Source: an uncultured Pseudomonadota bacterium | GTDB taxonomy: Bacteria > Pseudomonadota > Gammaproteobacteria > Methylococcales > Methylomonadaceae | Length of the DNA stretch: 64,000 nucleotides | NCBI GenBank assembly: GCA_903918375.1 | Contig: CAIXED010000071.1 | Coordinates: forward strand, 6,875 to 70,874 | Reading direction: 5' to 3' | In this document: piece by piece, positions 8,504 through 19,088 of the stretch | Numbering within the stretch: the stretch's first letter is position 1 | Layout: the number at the start of each line of letters is the position of its first letter | Program-made: the position numbers and the translations under genes | Notes under the pieces: generated by a model | What the model was told of the DNA's origin: nothing | Database searches by the model: none | The model's input: only the letters and a program-made list of their open reading frames with translations

Positions 8504-8533
8504 ATTATAGTGAGTTTGAGGATAAGTTGTCAA
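8504..8533 (-). promoter_or_regulatory. Sigma70 promoter of tRNA-Met
   Basis: Minus-strand TTGACA (8533-8528), 18-bp spacer, TATAAT (8509-8504). The -35 box overlaps the ychF stop codon. Confidence 0.8.
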
Positions 8534-9621
8534 ACATTAAACCTGAAATGCATAACATCGCCATCTTGGACTTTGTATTCTTTACCTTCTAAACGCCATT
8601 TGCCGGCATCTTTAGCGCCTTGTTCGCCTTTGTAATTTACAAAATCTTCATAGGCGATAACTTCAGCGCGAATAAAACCTTTTTCAAAATCCGAGTGGAT
8701 TACGCCAGCGGATTGCGGAGCGGTAGCATTAACAGGAATAGTCCAAGCGCGAACTTCTTTAACGCCAGCGGTGAAATAAGTCGATAAATTCAATAACTCG
8801 TAGCCAGCACGAACCACACGATTTAGCCCTGGTTCTTCCAGTCCTAAATCCAGTAAAAATTCTTTTTTCTCGTCTTCGTCAAGTTGCACAATTTCAGCTT
8901 CAATTGCAGCGCAAACCGGTACCACTTTTGAGCCATCTTTATCAGCAAAGGCGCGAACTTTGTCGAGCATAGGATTTTGTTCAAAACCATCGTCTTGGAC
9001 ATTGGCAATATATAAGGTTGGTTTTAAGGTGATTAAGCATAAATCTTTAATCAATTTAACTTCATCTTCATCTAAGCCTAATGAACGAACAGGTTCGCCA
9101 ATGTTTAGATGCTCTAAAACTTTTTCCAATACTTGTTTTCTGGCTAGATCGTCTTTATTGCCGGATTTTGAGGCTTTGGCTGATTTTTGGATGGCTTTTT
9201 CTACCGATGCCATGTCAGCTAGGGCTAATTCGGTGTTGATCACTTCAATATCGTTAACGGGATCAACTTTGCCGGCAACGTGAATCACATTGTCATCTTC
9301 AAAGCAGCGTACTACGTGGACAATCGCATCCGTTTCGCGAATATTGCCTAAAAATTGGTTGCCCAAGCCTTCGCCTTTTGATGCGCCAGCGACTAAGCCT
9401 GCAATGTCAACGAATTCGATAGTGGTTGGCAGGATGCGTTCAGGTTTAACGATTTCAGCTAATTTATCCAAGCGTAAATCGGGAACTGGAACCACGCCAA
9501 CGTTGGGATCGATAGTGCAAAAAGGGTAGTTTTCGGCGGCGATGGTTGCTTTGGTAAGTGCGTTAAAAAGTGTTGATTTGCCAACATTGGGTAAGCCGAC
9601 GATTCCGCAGTAAAGAGCCAT
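8530..9621 (-). CDS. ychF: Redox-regulated ATPase YchF
   Basis: [34 protein letters not shown] and a C-terminal TGS domain. Confidence 0.98.
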   Translation of the reverse strand: MALYCGIVGLPNVGKSTLFNALTKATIAAENYPFCTIDPNVGVVPVPDLRLDKLAEIVKPERILPTTIEFVDIAGLVAGASKGEGLGNQFLGNIRETDAIVHVVRCFEDDNVIHVAGKVDPVNDIEVINTELALADMASVEKAIQKSAKASKSGNKDDLARKQVLEKVLEHLNIGEPVRSLGLDEDEVKLIKDLCLITLKPTLYIANVQDDGFEQNPMLDKVRAFADKDGSKVVPVCAAIEAEIVQLDEDEKKEFLLDLGLEEPGLNRVVRAGYELLNLSTYFTAGVKEVRAWTIPVNATAPQSAGVIHSDFEKGFIRAEVIAYEDFVNYKGEQGAKDAGKWRLEGKEYKVQDGDVMHFRFNV

Positions 9622-9739
9622 AATTTTAGAATGAGATTGGGTAAGGAAAGTCCCAAAGGACAGGGGGTTAGGTGGGCGGATTATACAGTGGGGGGCTTAA
9701 ATATCAACTTGCTAGGTATCTCTGATTGCTGGTTAATGG

Positions 9740-10153
9740 TTAATGGTTAATTTTGAGCTCAACGATTAAACGTCGATAGTCGTTGCGTGATAGCGAGTCC
9801 CTAAAAATCAGGCGAGTCAATGAGCGTTGTTGAATTTCAAAATGCAGTATCACCAGCCATTGACTGATGACGGTTGTGCTTAGGATGGTAATCGGTTGAA
9901 ACGGTTGATTATTAAATGCTGCCGACCATTGGTTTTTGTTGCTATAGCGCAGATAAAAATCCGATTGCGGTTGTTTGTACTGATAAACCCCGCTGGCGAT
10001 GACCAGTGTTGATAAAGCAATTTTCATCAGCAATGGTAAATTATTCAACCAGCAAGCCGCGAAGGCGATGCTATGTAATGTTTGCACCAAGATAAGTTGG
10101 TAACTTGATGCCTTAATTAACAAATTTAATGTTGGTGCTGAGTTTTTTGCCAT
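9740..10153 (-). CDS. YgfX-like small inner-membrane protein
   Basis: Two N-terminal TM segments and a C-terminal DSLSRNDYRRLIVEL; divergent from ygfZ. Confidence 0.6.
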   Translation of the reverse strand: MAKNSAPTLNLLIKASSYQLILVQTLHSIAFAACWLNNLPLLMKIALSTLVIASGVYQYKQPQSDFYLRYSNKNQWSAAFNNQPFQPITILSTTVISQWLVILHFEIQQRSLTRLIFRDSLSRNDYRRLIVELKINH

Positions 10154-10216
10154 GGTTTTGGTTCGCTGTGGTTGAGCGGCTATAATGGCCGACCTTATTG
10201 TTTATGGATTAGCGTT

Positions 10217-11107
10217 TTGGATTCTTCAATTAACTCTCGTATTTTTCACTTAAATTATCTGGCCGTTATCGAAGTGAGCGGTGCAGATAGTGCTAAGTTT
10301 TTGCAAGGTCAATTAACTTGTAATGTTAATGACTTATCCGATTCCCAAGCCAGTATTGCCGCGTTTTGTACGGCTAAAGGCCGCGTGATCAGTAGCTTAA
10401 TTATTATCAAAACCGCAGACGGTTTTTGTTTGCTGTTGCCCGCTAGTTTGCTGGAGAAGGTTTTAAAAAAACTGCAAATGTATGTTTTACGTTCGGCGGT
10501 TAAGTTGGTTGATCAACGTCAGCAATGGGCGGTTTATGGTTTGCAAACTCAACAGTCTGCAAATCCAGAGCAGTCGGCATTTTCTGTTAATCAAGCAGAT
10601 TTTATTACCATCAAATTGCCATCAGCATTATCGCGTTACTTGATGATTAAGCCGATTCAATCGCCAGTGACTGTCAATCAAACTTCTGATGACGCTTGGC
10701 GTTATCAAGATATTGTCGATGGCTTGCCTTGGTTTGAATTTGAGCAATCAGAACAATACACGCCGCAAATGTTAAACATCGATCAATTGGGCGGGATTAG
10801 CTTTACCAAAGGCTGTTATACCGGCCAAGAAATCGTTGCCAGAACTCATTATCTGGGAAAAGCCAAGCGTAGTTTATTCGCAGCACAAAGCAATCAATTG
10901 TTAGCTTTGCCTTGTGATGGTTGCTCGGTGTTTGATAGTCAAACCCAACAAACAGTCGGTCATGTCTTAACTGCTCAGCATTATCAGCAACAGACTTATT
11001 TATTAATTGTCTTGCAAGTAGCCGATGTTGATTCGCCAAGTTTGGTTTTAGATGACCAACAGCACTCTGTTATTACTCTTATTGCCAGTGAGTTAAACCA
11101 TGATTGA
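10217..11107 (+). CDS. ygfZ: Folate-binding Fe-S/tRNA-modification protein YgfZ
   Basis: FLQGQLTCNV and KGCYTGQEIVAR signature. Start uncertain (TTG 10217, or 10172). Confidence 0.92.
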   Translation: MDSSINSRIFHLNYLAVIEVSGADSAKFLQGQLTCNVNDLSDSQASIAAFCTAKGRVISSLIIIKTADGFCLLLPASLLEKVLKKLQMYVLRSAVKLVDQRQQWAVYGLQTQQSANPEQSAFSVNQADFITIKLPSALSRYLMIKPIQSPVTVNQTSDDAWRYQDIVDGLPWFEFEQSEQYTPQMLNIDQLGGISFTKGCYTGQEIVARTHYLGKAKRSLFAAQSNQLLALPCDGCSVFDSQTQQTVGHVLTAQHYQQQTYLLIVLQVADVDSPSLVLDDQQHSVITLIASELNHD

Positions 11108-12074
11108 TTCATTAGCCGCTAGTCGTTTTCGCCGTTTAGGTACATTGACTATTTTTGCTGTGTATTTTGTGATTTTAGTCGGTGGTATTGTCCGCGCTTC
11201 GGGTGCAGGCATGGGCTGTCCAGATTGGCCAACTTGTTTTGGGCAATGGGTGCCACCGACCAGCGAAGCCGAGTTGCCAGCTAATTATCATGAAATTTAT
11301 GCGGCTCGGGGTTATCAAAATACTGAGTTTAATCCAGTCAAAACTTGGACTGAATACACCAATCGCTTAGTGGGCGTGACGATTGGCTTTTTGATTTTTT
11401 TAACCGCTTGGTCATCACGGATTTATCTAAAAGCCGATAAAGCGATTTTTTATTTAGCGGTTTCGGTGTTTTTATTGGTGGGATTTCAAGGTTGGCTCGG
11501 TTCGGCGGTGGTTGCTAGTAATTTGAAGCCTTTGATGATTACCCTGCATATGTTGCTGGCTTTGTTTATTGTCGCTTTGTTGATTTATGCGATAGCTCGC
11601 TCGCAAAAGCCTTTATTGCAAGCTGTTCACAGTGACTGGCTAACGCCGCGTTTTGACGTGGTCTTGAAAATCGCCATGTTGATGACTTTGTTGCAAGTAG
11701 TGATGGGGACGCAGGTGAGGGAAGCGGTGGATTTTATCGCTCATGAACATAGTTATATCGATCGTGAATACTGGCGCGATAGTTTTCCGATTATTTTTTA
11801 TGTGCATCGCTCGTTTTCTTCGTTGATTTTGTTTACCAATCTTTGGTTGGGCTGGAAAATTTATCAACAGGCGGAAAAAAACAATCTGTTGTTGCGGATG
11901 GCTTATGTGTTAGTTGGTTTGGTGGTGACAGCGATTTTGGCGGGGGTTAGTTTAGATAGGCTAGGATTTCCAGCGCTTGCCCAACCGATTCATCTGTTGA
12001 TGGCCAATTTAATTTTTGGCGCACAATTTTTTATCTTCATTTGCCGTCGCTATTCACTGAGTCAAGTCAGCTAA
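11100..12074 (+). CDS. COX15/CtaA heme A synthase family protein
   Basis: GGIVRASGAGMGCPDWPTCFG, EYTNRL, conserved histidines and about eight TM segments. Confidence 0.88.
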   Translation: MIDSLAASRFRRLGTLTIFAVYFVILVGGIVRASGAGMGCPDWPTCFGQWVPPTSEAELPANYHEIYAARGYQNTEFNPVKTWTEYTNRLVGVTIGFLIFLTAWSSRIYLKADKAIFYLAVSVFLLVGFQGWLGSAVVASNLKPLMITLHMLLALFIVALLIYAIARSQKPLLQAVHSDWLTPRFDVVLKIAMLMTLLQVVMGTQVREAVDFIAHEHSYIDREYWRDSFPIIFYVHRSFSSLILFTNLWLGWKIYQQAEKNNLLLRMAYVLVGLVVTAILAGVSLDRLGFPALAQPIHLLMANLIFGAQFFIFICRRYSLSQVS

Positions 12075-12186
12075 TTTACCGGATTTATCAATCAGTTAAG
12101 CAAGCTAGGGTCGAATTAAGCTACAATAGAGATTGTTGCTAGCCATTCGCGCTAGCTCATCTCTTTTTTATCTACAGGTATTACCC

Positions 12187-13926
12187 ATGTCCGACACCCC
12201 CGCCATCACGCCTTCTTTTAAAGATTTAGCACTGTCAGAACCGGTGTTAAAAGCTCTGGAAAGCGTCGGCTACGAAACTCCTTCGCCAATTCAGGCTCAA
12301 ATTATTCCTTTCGTGATGGCCGGTCGCGATGTATTAGGACAGGCTCAAACCGGCACTGGAAAAACTGCTGCGTTCGCATTACCCGTTTTATCAAATATCG
12401 ATGTTAAGCAAAAAGACCCGCAAGCATTGGTATTAGCACCAACTCGTGAGTTGGCGATTCAGGTGGCTGAAGCGTTTCAGCGTTATGCCTCACACATTAA
12501 AGGTTTCCATGTACTGCCTATTTATGGCGGTCAAGATTACACCACTCAGTTAAGACAGCTTAATCGCGGTGCTCATGTTGTCGTGGGTACGCCAGGTCGA
12601 GTGATGGATCATATGCGTCGCGGTACTTTGAAATTGGATCAGTTAAAAACCCTGATTCTCGATGAAGCCGACGAAATGTTGCGTATGGGTTTTATTGACG
12701 ATGTTGAATGGATTTTGGAACAAACGCCAGACACTCGCCAAACTGCATTATTCTCGGCGACTATGCCGACCGAAATTCGCAAAATTGCGCAAAAATATTT
12801 AAGCAATCCTGAACAAGTCACCATCAAAGTTAAAACTACTACTGCAGCGAATATTCGCCAGCGTTATTGGTTTGTCAGCGGTGTACACAAAATGGACGCG
12901 TTGACCCGCATTTTGGAAGCGGAAAACTTTGACGGCATGATTATTTTCGTTAGGACTAAAACTGCCACGATTGAAGTTGCCGAAAAGCTGGAAGCCCGCG
13001 GCTTCTCGGCTTCAGCGATTAATGGTGATATGTCGCAAGCCTTGCGTGAACGTGCTATCGAAAATCTAAAAAATGGTAAGTTAGATATTTTGATTGCGAC
13101 GGATGTTGCTGCGCGTGGTTTGGACGTTGATCGTATTACTCACGTTGTTAACTTCGATATTCCTTACGATACCGAATCTTATGTACACCGTATTGGTCGT
13201 ACTGGCCGTGCCGGTCGTACCGGTGATGCGATTTTGTTTGTTTCGCCACGCGAAAAACGTTTGTTAGCCAATATCGAGCAAGCCACCAAACAAAAAGTTG
13301 AAGAAATGCAATTGCCTTCAACCGAGTTCATCAACAACACGCGTATCAATAAATTTAAACAACGGATTACCGATACCTTAGCGGCAGAAGAATTAAGCTT
13401 TTATAGCCAGTTAATCAATCAGTATCAAGTTGAACACGATGTGCCTGCGCTGGATATTGCTGCAGCTTTAGCGAAATTGATGCAAGGTGATACTCCGTTA
13501 TTGTTAAAAGAGCCTAGCAAAAAGCCGCGTAAAGATAGTGATCGTGAACGTAGCGATGATAGTAGACGTGGCGGTGAAAGGGATCGTGGTCCAAAACGTG
13601 AAAAAGGTCGCGCATCATCGGTTGAAATGGAAATGTTCCGTATCGAAGTCGGACACAGTGATGGTGTAAAACCGGGTAATATCGTTGGTGCGATTGCTAA
13701 CGAAACCGGTATTGATGGCGATCACATTGCACGGATCAAAATTGAAGAAAACTACAGCACGGTTGAATTGCCAGCGGGTATGCCGAAAGACTTATTTCAA
13801 GCCTTGAAAAAAGTCCGTGTTGTCGGTAAGCCGCTGAATATTTCTAAATTTGATGCAAGCTTGGTTAAAAAAGATAAAACAAAAAAACGGATGAGTTCAA
13901 CATCGGTAAAGCGTAAAAAAGATTAA
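12187..13926 (+). CDS. deaD: DEAD-box RNA helicase DeaD/CsdA
   Basis: AQTGTGKT, PTRELA, DEAD, SAT, HRIGRTGRAG and a C-terminal DbpA-type RNA-binding domain; ATG at 12187. Confidence 0.95.
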   Translation: MSDTPAITPSFKDLALSEPVLKALESVGYETPSPIQAQIIPFVMAGRDVLGQAQTGTGKTAAFALPVLSNIDVKQKDPQALVLAPTRELAIQVAEAFQRYASHIKGFHVLPIYGGQDYTTQLRQLNRGAHVVVGTPGRVMDHMRRGTLKLDQLKTLILDEADEMLRMGFIDDVEWILEQTPDTRQTALFSATMPTEIRKIAQKYLSNPEQVTIKVKTTTAANIRQRYWFVSGVHKMDALTRILEAENFDGMIIFVRTKTATIEVAEKLEARGFSASAINGDMSQALRERAIENLKNGKLDILIATDVAARGLDVDRITHVVNFDIPYDTESYVHRIGRTGRAGRTGDAILFVSPREKRLLANIEQATKQKVEEMQLPSTEFINNTRINKFKQRITDTLAAEELSFYSQLINQYQVEHDVPALDIAAALAKLMQGDTPLLLKEPSKKPRKDSDRERSDDSRRGGERDRGPKREKGRASSVEMEMFRIEVGHSDGVKPGNIVGAIANETGIDGDHIARIKIEENYSTVELPAGMPKDLFQALKKVRVVGKPLNISKFDASLVKKDKTKKRMSSTSVKRKKD

Positions 13927-13936
13927 CTTTTAAAAA

Positions 13937-13964
13937 CAGGCGCTTCGGGTTATTGAAGCGCCTG
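13937..13964. terminator. Hairpin between convergent deaD and ratB (likely bidirectional terminator)
   Basis: CAGGCGCTTC / GAAGCGCCTG 10-bp stem. Confidence 0.7.
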
Positions 13965-13971
13965 ATTGGTT

Positions 13972-14259
13972 TTAACGTTTGATTTTCGCTTTTTGTCGGC
14001 GAGCATCCATCGGATCTTTTTGAAGTGGGCGGTAAATTTCAACTCTATCGCCTGCATTCAAAATCTTATCCAACTCACAAAGCTGTCCAAAAATTCCCAC
14101 CTTGTTTTTTTGTAAATCGATTTCCGGCCATTGTTGCAAGATGCCTGATTCGATAATCGCTTGTTCAACTGTACTGCTATTAGCTATTTGCAAGCGCAAC
14201 ACAGTTTGTTGATTGGCTGTTGCATAAGCCACTTCAATCTCAATCAATTCAGCTGCCAT
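13972..14259 (-). CDS. ratB: RnfH/RatB ubiquitin-like protein
   Basis: IEVAYA...VGIFG...GDRVEIYRPL..DPMDARR. Confidence 0.9.
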   Translation of the reverse strand: MAAELIEIEVAYATANQQTVLRLQIANSSTVEQAIIESGILQQWPEIDLQKNKVGIFGQLCELDKILNAGDRVEIYRPLQKDPMDARRQKAKIKR

Positions 14260-14686
14260 AAAGCGATTTTGCCCGTTGGGTAAATGAAGTGACCATGGTG
14301 TTGCAGATTTGGTTAAAAACTGGCCCGAATGCTAATGACGCCAAAGTACCGGCAATTTCAAATTCCAAATCTAGCGATATTTTGCTGGCATCTTCACGTA
14401 ACGGCATAAAAGTCCAAACCCCTTCCAACGAAGAAAAGGGGCCATCAAGCAAACTCATATAAATTTTGCCGCCGTTGTCGATGCGATTACGGGTAGCGAA
14501 TGATTTATGAAAACCGGCTTTAGCAATTTGAATTTCACCTTCAACAATGTCGCCTTCACGTTTCAATATCCGACTACCAGCGCACCAAGGTAAGAATTGA
14601 GGATAGGCTTCAATGTCATCAACAATGTCGAACATTTGTTGTGCTGAAAACTTAACCAAGGCGCTTTTTTGAACCACAGTCATCAT
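14249..14686 (-). CDS. ratA: RatA/PasT (Coq10-like START domain)
   Basis: SAQQMFDIVDDIEAYPQFLPWC, LLDGPFSSLEGVWTF. Confidence 0.92.
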   Translation of the reverse strand: MMTVVQKSALVKFSAQQMFDIVDDIEAYPQFLPWCAGSRILKREGDIVEGEIQIAKAGFHKSFATRNRIDNGGKIYMSLLDGPFSSLEGVWTFMPLREDASKISLDLEFEIAGTLASLAFGPVFNQICNTMVTSFTQRAKSLYGS

Positions 14687-16044
14687 TAAAGCACTCCTAC
14701 AACGTGCAAGAACACTAGGAAAACTGCGCCAGGTGCAACGTATTTAATCAATAACTGCCACGCTTGAAAGCCTTGTTCAGGCAAAGCCAATTCTTGTTGA
14801 GCTTCTTTTTGACTTAAAACCCAACCGGCAAAAACCGCTAAACCTAAACCGCCCAACGGCAGCATTAAATTCGCGGTTAAGTAATCAAGCAATTCAAACA
14901 AGTTTTTACCGAATAGCTTGAAACCAGACCAAGCATTAAACGACAACACGACGCCCACACCCAATGCCCAGCAAGCCGAACCCGACCAAATGCAAGCTTG
15001 TTTTCTGTCGATGTTTTTATTTTCAATTAACCAAGCGACAGCGGGTTCTATTAATGAAATTGAAGAGGTGAGAGCGGCGAAAAACAACAAGATAAAAAAT
15101 AAGAAGCCAAACAACCAACCACCGGTCATGTGGCCGAATGCTAACGGTAGGGTTTGGAAAATTAAACCTGGCCCTGCGCTGGCTTCTAAATTATTGGCAA
15201 ATACTAATGGGAAAATAGCGATGCCAGCCAATAAGGCGACAAGGGTGTCGGCACCAGCGATGATAAACGTGGTTTTAGCGATAGAAACGTCTTTTGGTAA
15301 ATAAGAGCCATAAACCATAATCGCACCCATACCTAAGCTGAGGGTGAAAAATGCGTGCCCCATGGCGGTTAGTACTGCGCTACTGTTAATTTTGCTGAAA
15401 TCAGGATTGAATAAAAAGTGGATGCCTTGCTGATAAGCACCGGATGACATGGCGTAGGCAATCAATAAAAATAAAATCACAAATAAAGCAGGCATTAAAA
15501 AGCGCACGGTTTTCTCCAAACCGCCTTGAACACCGCGCATCACCACTTGCATGGTGATCACCATAAAAGCACTATGCCAGAAAATTTGCTGGATTGGGCT
15601 AGCCATTAAACCATCGAATAAGGATTTGATAGCGGTGGCGTCGGCACCGGAAAAACTGCCGAAAAAGCCTTTTGTGACGTAGGCCATAGACCAGCCAGCA
15701 ATAACGCTGTAATAAGCCAGAATTAAAAAGCCTGCGATGATGCCCATCCAGCCTAAATATTGCCAGCGAGGATCCGCTTTGGATTGGCTGGCTAGGGTTT
15801 GCATGGTGTCGATTGGGTTTTTTTGACCACGGCGTCCGAGCATGATTTCAGCAATCATAATCGGGATGCCTATCAATAAAACACAGATTAAATACACCAG
15901 CACAAAGGCACCACCGCCGTTTTCGCCAGTGATGTAGGGGAATTTCCAAATATTACCCAAGCCAACGGCTGACCCTGTTGCAGCCAGAATAAAGGCGAAG
16001 CGGGAAGACCACTGGCCGTGAATGGATGGGGTTTTATCGGTCAT
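14686..16044 (-). CDS. Sodium-dependent transporter, neurotransmitter:sodium symporter (NSS/SNF) family
   Basis: WSSRFAFILAATGSAVGLGNIWKFPY..GENGGGAF. Confidence 0.95.
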   Translation of the reverse strand: MTDKTPSIHGQWSSRFAFILAATGSAVGLGNIWKFPYITGENGGGAFVLVYLICVLLIGIPIMIAEIMLGRRGQKNPIDTMQTLASQSKADPRWQYLGWMGIIAGFLILAYYSVIAGWSMAYVTKGFFGSFSGADATAIKSLFDGLMASPIQQIFWHSAFMVITMQVVMRGVQGGLEKTVRFLMPALFVILFLLIAYAMSSGAYQQGIHFLFNPDFSKINSSAVLTAMGHAFFTLSLGMGAIMVYGSYLPKDVSIAKTTFIIAGADTLVALLAGIAIFPLVFANNLEASAGPGLIFQTLPLAFGHMTGGWLFGFLFFILLFFAALTSSISLIEPAVAWLIENKNIDRKQACIWSGSACWALGVGVVLSFNAWSGFKLFGKNLFELLDYLTANLMLPLGGLGLAVFAGWVLSQKEAQQELALPEQGFQAWQLLIKYVAPGAVFLVFLHVVGVL

Positions 16045-16146
16045 GTCTTGAGCCTTATGTGTTTTTTAAGTCGTTATTTAGTGGGTGTACGGGTAAAATA
16101 TCAAAAATCACGTATTCAGTCAGTCTAAAAAAATCTTCAAGACCAC

Positions 16147-16632
16147 ATGGCATCGAAAAAATCCAGTAAAGCCAACAAAGCAGGCGATAACACCATTGCG
16201 GTTAATCGGCAGGCAACTCACGAATATTTCATCGAAGAACAATTTGAAGCTGGCCTAGTCTTAGAAGGCTGGGAAGTAAAGAGTTTGCGCGATGGACGGA
16301 TTCAATTAAAAGAAAGTTATGTCGATATTCGCCGTGGTGAAGCGTGGCTGTGTGGCGCACATATTTCAGCGTTGCTATCGGCTTCGACTCACGTTAATCC
16401 TGATGCAGTGCGTCGGAAAAAATTATTATTGCATCGCCGCGAATTGAGCAAATTGATTGGTTCGGTGGAACGTAAAGGTTTTACTTTAATCCCATTGTCG
16501 ATGTATTGGATTAAAGGTCGGGCTAAACTGAAAATTGGTTTGGCAAAAGGTAAAAAACTGCATGACAAACGCGCCACGGCTAAAGATAAAGATTGGCAGC
16601 GGGATAAAGCGCGGATTATGAAACATGCTTAA
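16147..16632 (+). CDS. smpB: SsrA-binding protein SmpB
   Basis: [37 protein letters not shown]. Confidence 0.98.
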   Translation: MASKKSSKANKAGDNTIAVNRQATHEYFIEEQFEAGLVLEGWEVKSLRDGRIQLKESYVDIRRGEAWLCGAHISALLSASTHVNPDAVRRKKLLLHRRELSKLIGSVERKGFTLIPLSMYWIKGRAKLKIGLAKGKKLHDKRATAKDKDWQRDKARIMKHA

Positions 16633-16679
16633 GGCATTTGGTTTTAGATATTTGATGGTCAGAATTTTGGAGTTAAACA

Positions 16680-17696
16680 ATGCGGGTTAAGGCGGTCGTG
16701 CTATTTTGTGGTTTTCTAATGGGCTGTTCGCCCACGCAGCCACAAACGCAAAAATTGGAAGGGATGGCTCAAGGTACGACCTATCACATTACTTATTGGT
16801 CAAATGAAGCAGTTGATAGCCAGGTTATTGATGCGGCAATCAAAACGACTTTCGAGGATATTGATAAAAATTTATCCAATTACCGTCCTGATTCAGTGAT
16901 CGAAACATTCAATGCCAATCAATCGACTAAAAGCCAAGAAGTAGGCAGCGAAATTATTGGGTTAGTCCGCTTAGCGCAATCGGTTCATCAATTAAGTAGC
17001 GGTTGTTTTGATTTAACCGTTAAACCCTTGTTTGACTTGTGGGGCTTTAAAGGCGAAGCATTAACCATTCCTAGCACTGAGGCTTTACAACAAACCCTAG
17101 CGCAAGTTGGCATGAATAAAATTGAAATAGTCGATGACAGCCATTTGCTGAAAACCCAAGCTGATGTGCGGGTTGATTTATCAGCTGTAGGGCAGGGCTA
17201 TACGGTTGGTAAAGTCAGTGAGGCTTTAGAGCAACATGGTATTACTAACTATCTGGTTGAAATTGGTGGTGAATTAAAAACCAATGGCCATAAGCCGGAT
17301 GGTCTAGCTTGGCGGGTGGCTGTTGAAAAACCGCTGCCTGGCGAACGTAAAATACATAAAGTGGTCACTATGCCGAAAGACGCACCGATGTCAGTGATGG
17401 CTTCGGGTACTTATCGTCATTACTATGAACAAAATGGCCAGCGTTACAGTCATATCCTAGACGCTCGCACAGGTAAGCCTGTGACGCATGATTTAGTTGC
17501 TGTGACAGTGCTACATGAAAATCCAGCGGTAGCCGATGCTTGGTCAACCACCTTAATGTGTTTAGGGCAACAAGATGGCATTAAGCTGGCTAATGCCGAA
17601 AAAATCAATGCGATTTTTATTCGTCAACGTGGCAGTGAGTTTTTAGAAACTCATAGCGAAGCATTAAATACGGCAACTAATCTAGCCATTCAATAA
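16680..17696 (+). CDS. apbE: FAD:protein FMN transferase ApbE (lipoprotein)
   Basis: Lipobox LMGC; FDLTVKPL, DLSAVGQGY, EIGGE, ASGTYRHY, HILDARTG, ADAWST. Confidence 0.93.
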   Translation: MRVKAVVLFCGFLMGCSPTQPQTQKLEGMAQGTTYHITYWSNEAVDSQVIDAAIKTTFEDIDKNLSNYRPDSVIETFNANQSTKSQEVGSEIIGLVRLAQSVHQLSSGCFDLTVKPLFDLWGFKGEALTIPSTEALQQTLAQVGMNKIEIVDDSHLLKTQADVRVDLSAVGQGYTVGKVSEALEQHGITNYLVEIGGELKTNGHKPDGLAWRVAVEKPLPGERKIHKVVTMPKDAPMSVMASGTYRHYYEQNGQRYSHILDARTGKPVTHDLVAVTVLHENPAVADAWSTTLMCLGQQDGIKLANAEKINAIFIRQRGSEFLETHSEALNTATNLAIQ

Positions 17697-17723
17697 ATTG
17701 ACAGACATTATTCGGGGAGAAAT

Positions 17724-18392
17724 ATGCTATTGGATTTAGGTGGAAACCTATTGTTTTCGGTTCATGGAGGCGGCGATGCCATTGTTGGAATCATCGACCT
17801 ATTAGGACATTTTTTGACTAGGGTCGAGCATTTGGCCAGTTTGTCACCTAAACAAGCATCGCTAGAAATATTGCCAGGCGTTGCAGCATTGCAAAATCTG
17901 CATCCGCTATTTGTGCATTTTCCAATTGTTTTGTTAACACTGTTTTTTGTGATTGATGTGTTAGCAACGCTGGGTAAAAACCCTGGTTTACATAAAGTGG
18001 CTGATTGGTTTTTATATCTGGGCACTGTATTTGCCGCCGTTACAATTGCGACCGGCCTAATTGCCGCATCTTCTGTAGCTCATGGTGATGATGTTCATGA
18101 AATTATGGAAACCCATGAACATTTAGGGATTACGATATTTGGTTTGGCAAGTGGTCTGTCAATTTGGCGGTTTTTCTTTAAATCTGCTTTGCAGGGTGCT
18201 GCTAATGCCGTGTTTTTGTTGCTTGCCGGTTTATTGTCGATTTTTATTCTGTTTGCTGCTGATTTAGGCGGCTTAATGGTTTACAAATACGGGGTTGCAG
18301 TCGAAGCGGTTGCTAGCGAACAATCTGAAATTAATGCCGCGCATGAACATGATCACAACCATGACGAAGCTGATGAAGCACATGCTGATTGA
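17724..18392 (+). CDS. DUF2231-like membrane protein with His-rich C-terminus
   Basis: HPLFVHFPIVL, HEHLG, GGLMVYKYGVAV; four TM segments. Confidence 0.75.
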   Translation: MLLDLGGNLLFSVHGGGDAIVGIIDLLGHFLTRVEHLASLSPKQASLEILPGVAALQNLHPLFVHFPIVLLTLFFVIDVLATLGKNPGLHKVADWFLYLGTVFAAVTIATGLIAASSVAHGDDVHEIMETHEHLGITIFGLASGLSIWRFFFKSALQGAANAVFLLLAGLLSIFILFAADLGGLMVYKYGVAVEAVASEQSEINAAHEHDHNHDEADEAHAD

Positions 18393-18455
18393 TTGTCAGA
18401 AAAATATTTGAGCTTGCTGTGGTATCCTACGCGACTTTTTTTAAGGGACTAAACA

Positions 18456-19088
18456 ATGCGTACCCGCGTTAAAATTTGCGGCTTTACTCAGGTTGACGAT
18501 GCACTTGAAGCGGCATATTTGGGGGTTGATGCGATTGGTTTGGTGTTTTACCCCCCCAGCCCTCGCTATGTAAGCATTGAAACCGCAGCAAAAATAGCTA
18601 AAGCCTTGCCGGCTTTTGTTAGCGTGGTAGCTTTATTTGTGGATGCGGATAAAGCATTCATTGAGCAGGTTTTACAGCAGGTGCCGATTGATTGCTTGCA
18701 GTTTCATGGTGATGAGCAGCCGGAAGAATGTCGTTCGTTTAACAAGCCTTATATCAAGGCGGTACGGATGAAGCCGGAAACTAATGTAACCGAGTTAGTA
18801 CGTGATTTTCATGATACCTCGGCTTTGTTATTGGATGCGTATCATCCCAATTTACAAGGTGGTAGCGGTAGTGGGTTTGACTGGGATTTAATTCCACAAA
18901 ACTGTAAATTACCGATTATATTGGCCGGTGGCTTAGCGCCTGACAATGCAGAGCAAGCTGTTCGGCAAGTGAAACCCTATGCCTTAGATGTCAGCAGTGG
19001 TGTCGAAGCTGGCAAAGGTATTAAGGATGCAGCGAAAATGGCTGCCTTTATAAGAATAACTAATCAAGCGACAGAGAACTATGACTGA
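18456..19088 (+). CDS. trpF: Phosphoribosylanthranilate isomerase
   Basis: [25 protein letters not shown]. Confidence 0.97.
   Translation: MRTRVKICGFTQVDDALEAAYLGVDAIGLVFYPPSPRYVSIETAAKIAKALPAFVSVVALFVDADKAFIEQVLQQVPIDCLQFHGDEQPEECRSFNKPYIKAVRMKPETNVTELVRDFHDTSALLLDAYHPNLQGGSGSGFDWDLIPQNCKLPIILAGGLAPDNAEQAVRQVKPYALDVSSGVEAGKGIKDAAKMAAFIRITNQATENYD

Noticed and set aside
13972..14686. ratA-ratB as a novel toxin-antitoxin system
   Set aside because: A conserved housekeeping pair near smpB; RatA is a Coq10-like protein.
16633..16680. tmRNA (ssrA) next to smpB
   Set aside because: Only 47 bp separate smpB from apbE, and no tmRNA ends are visible.
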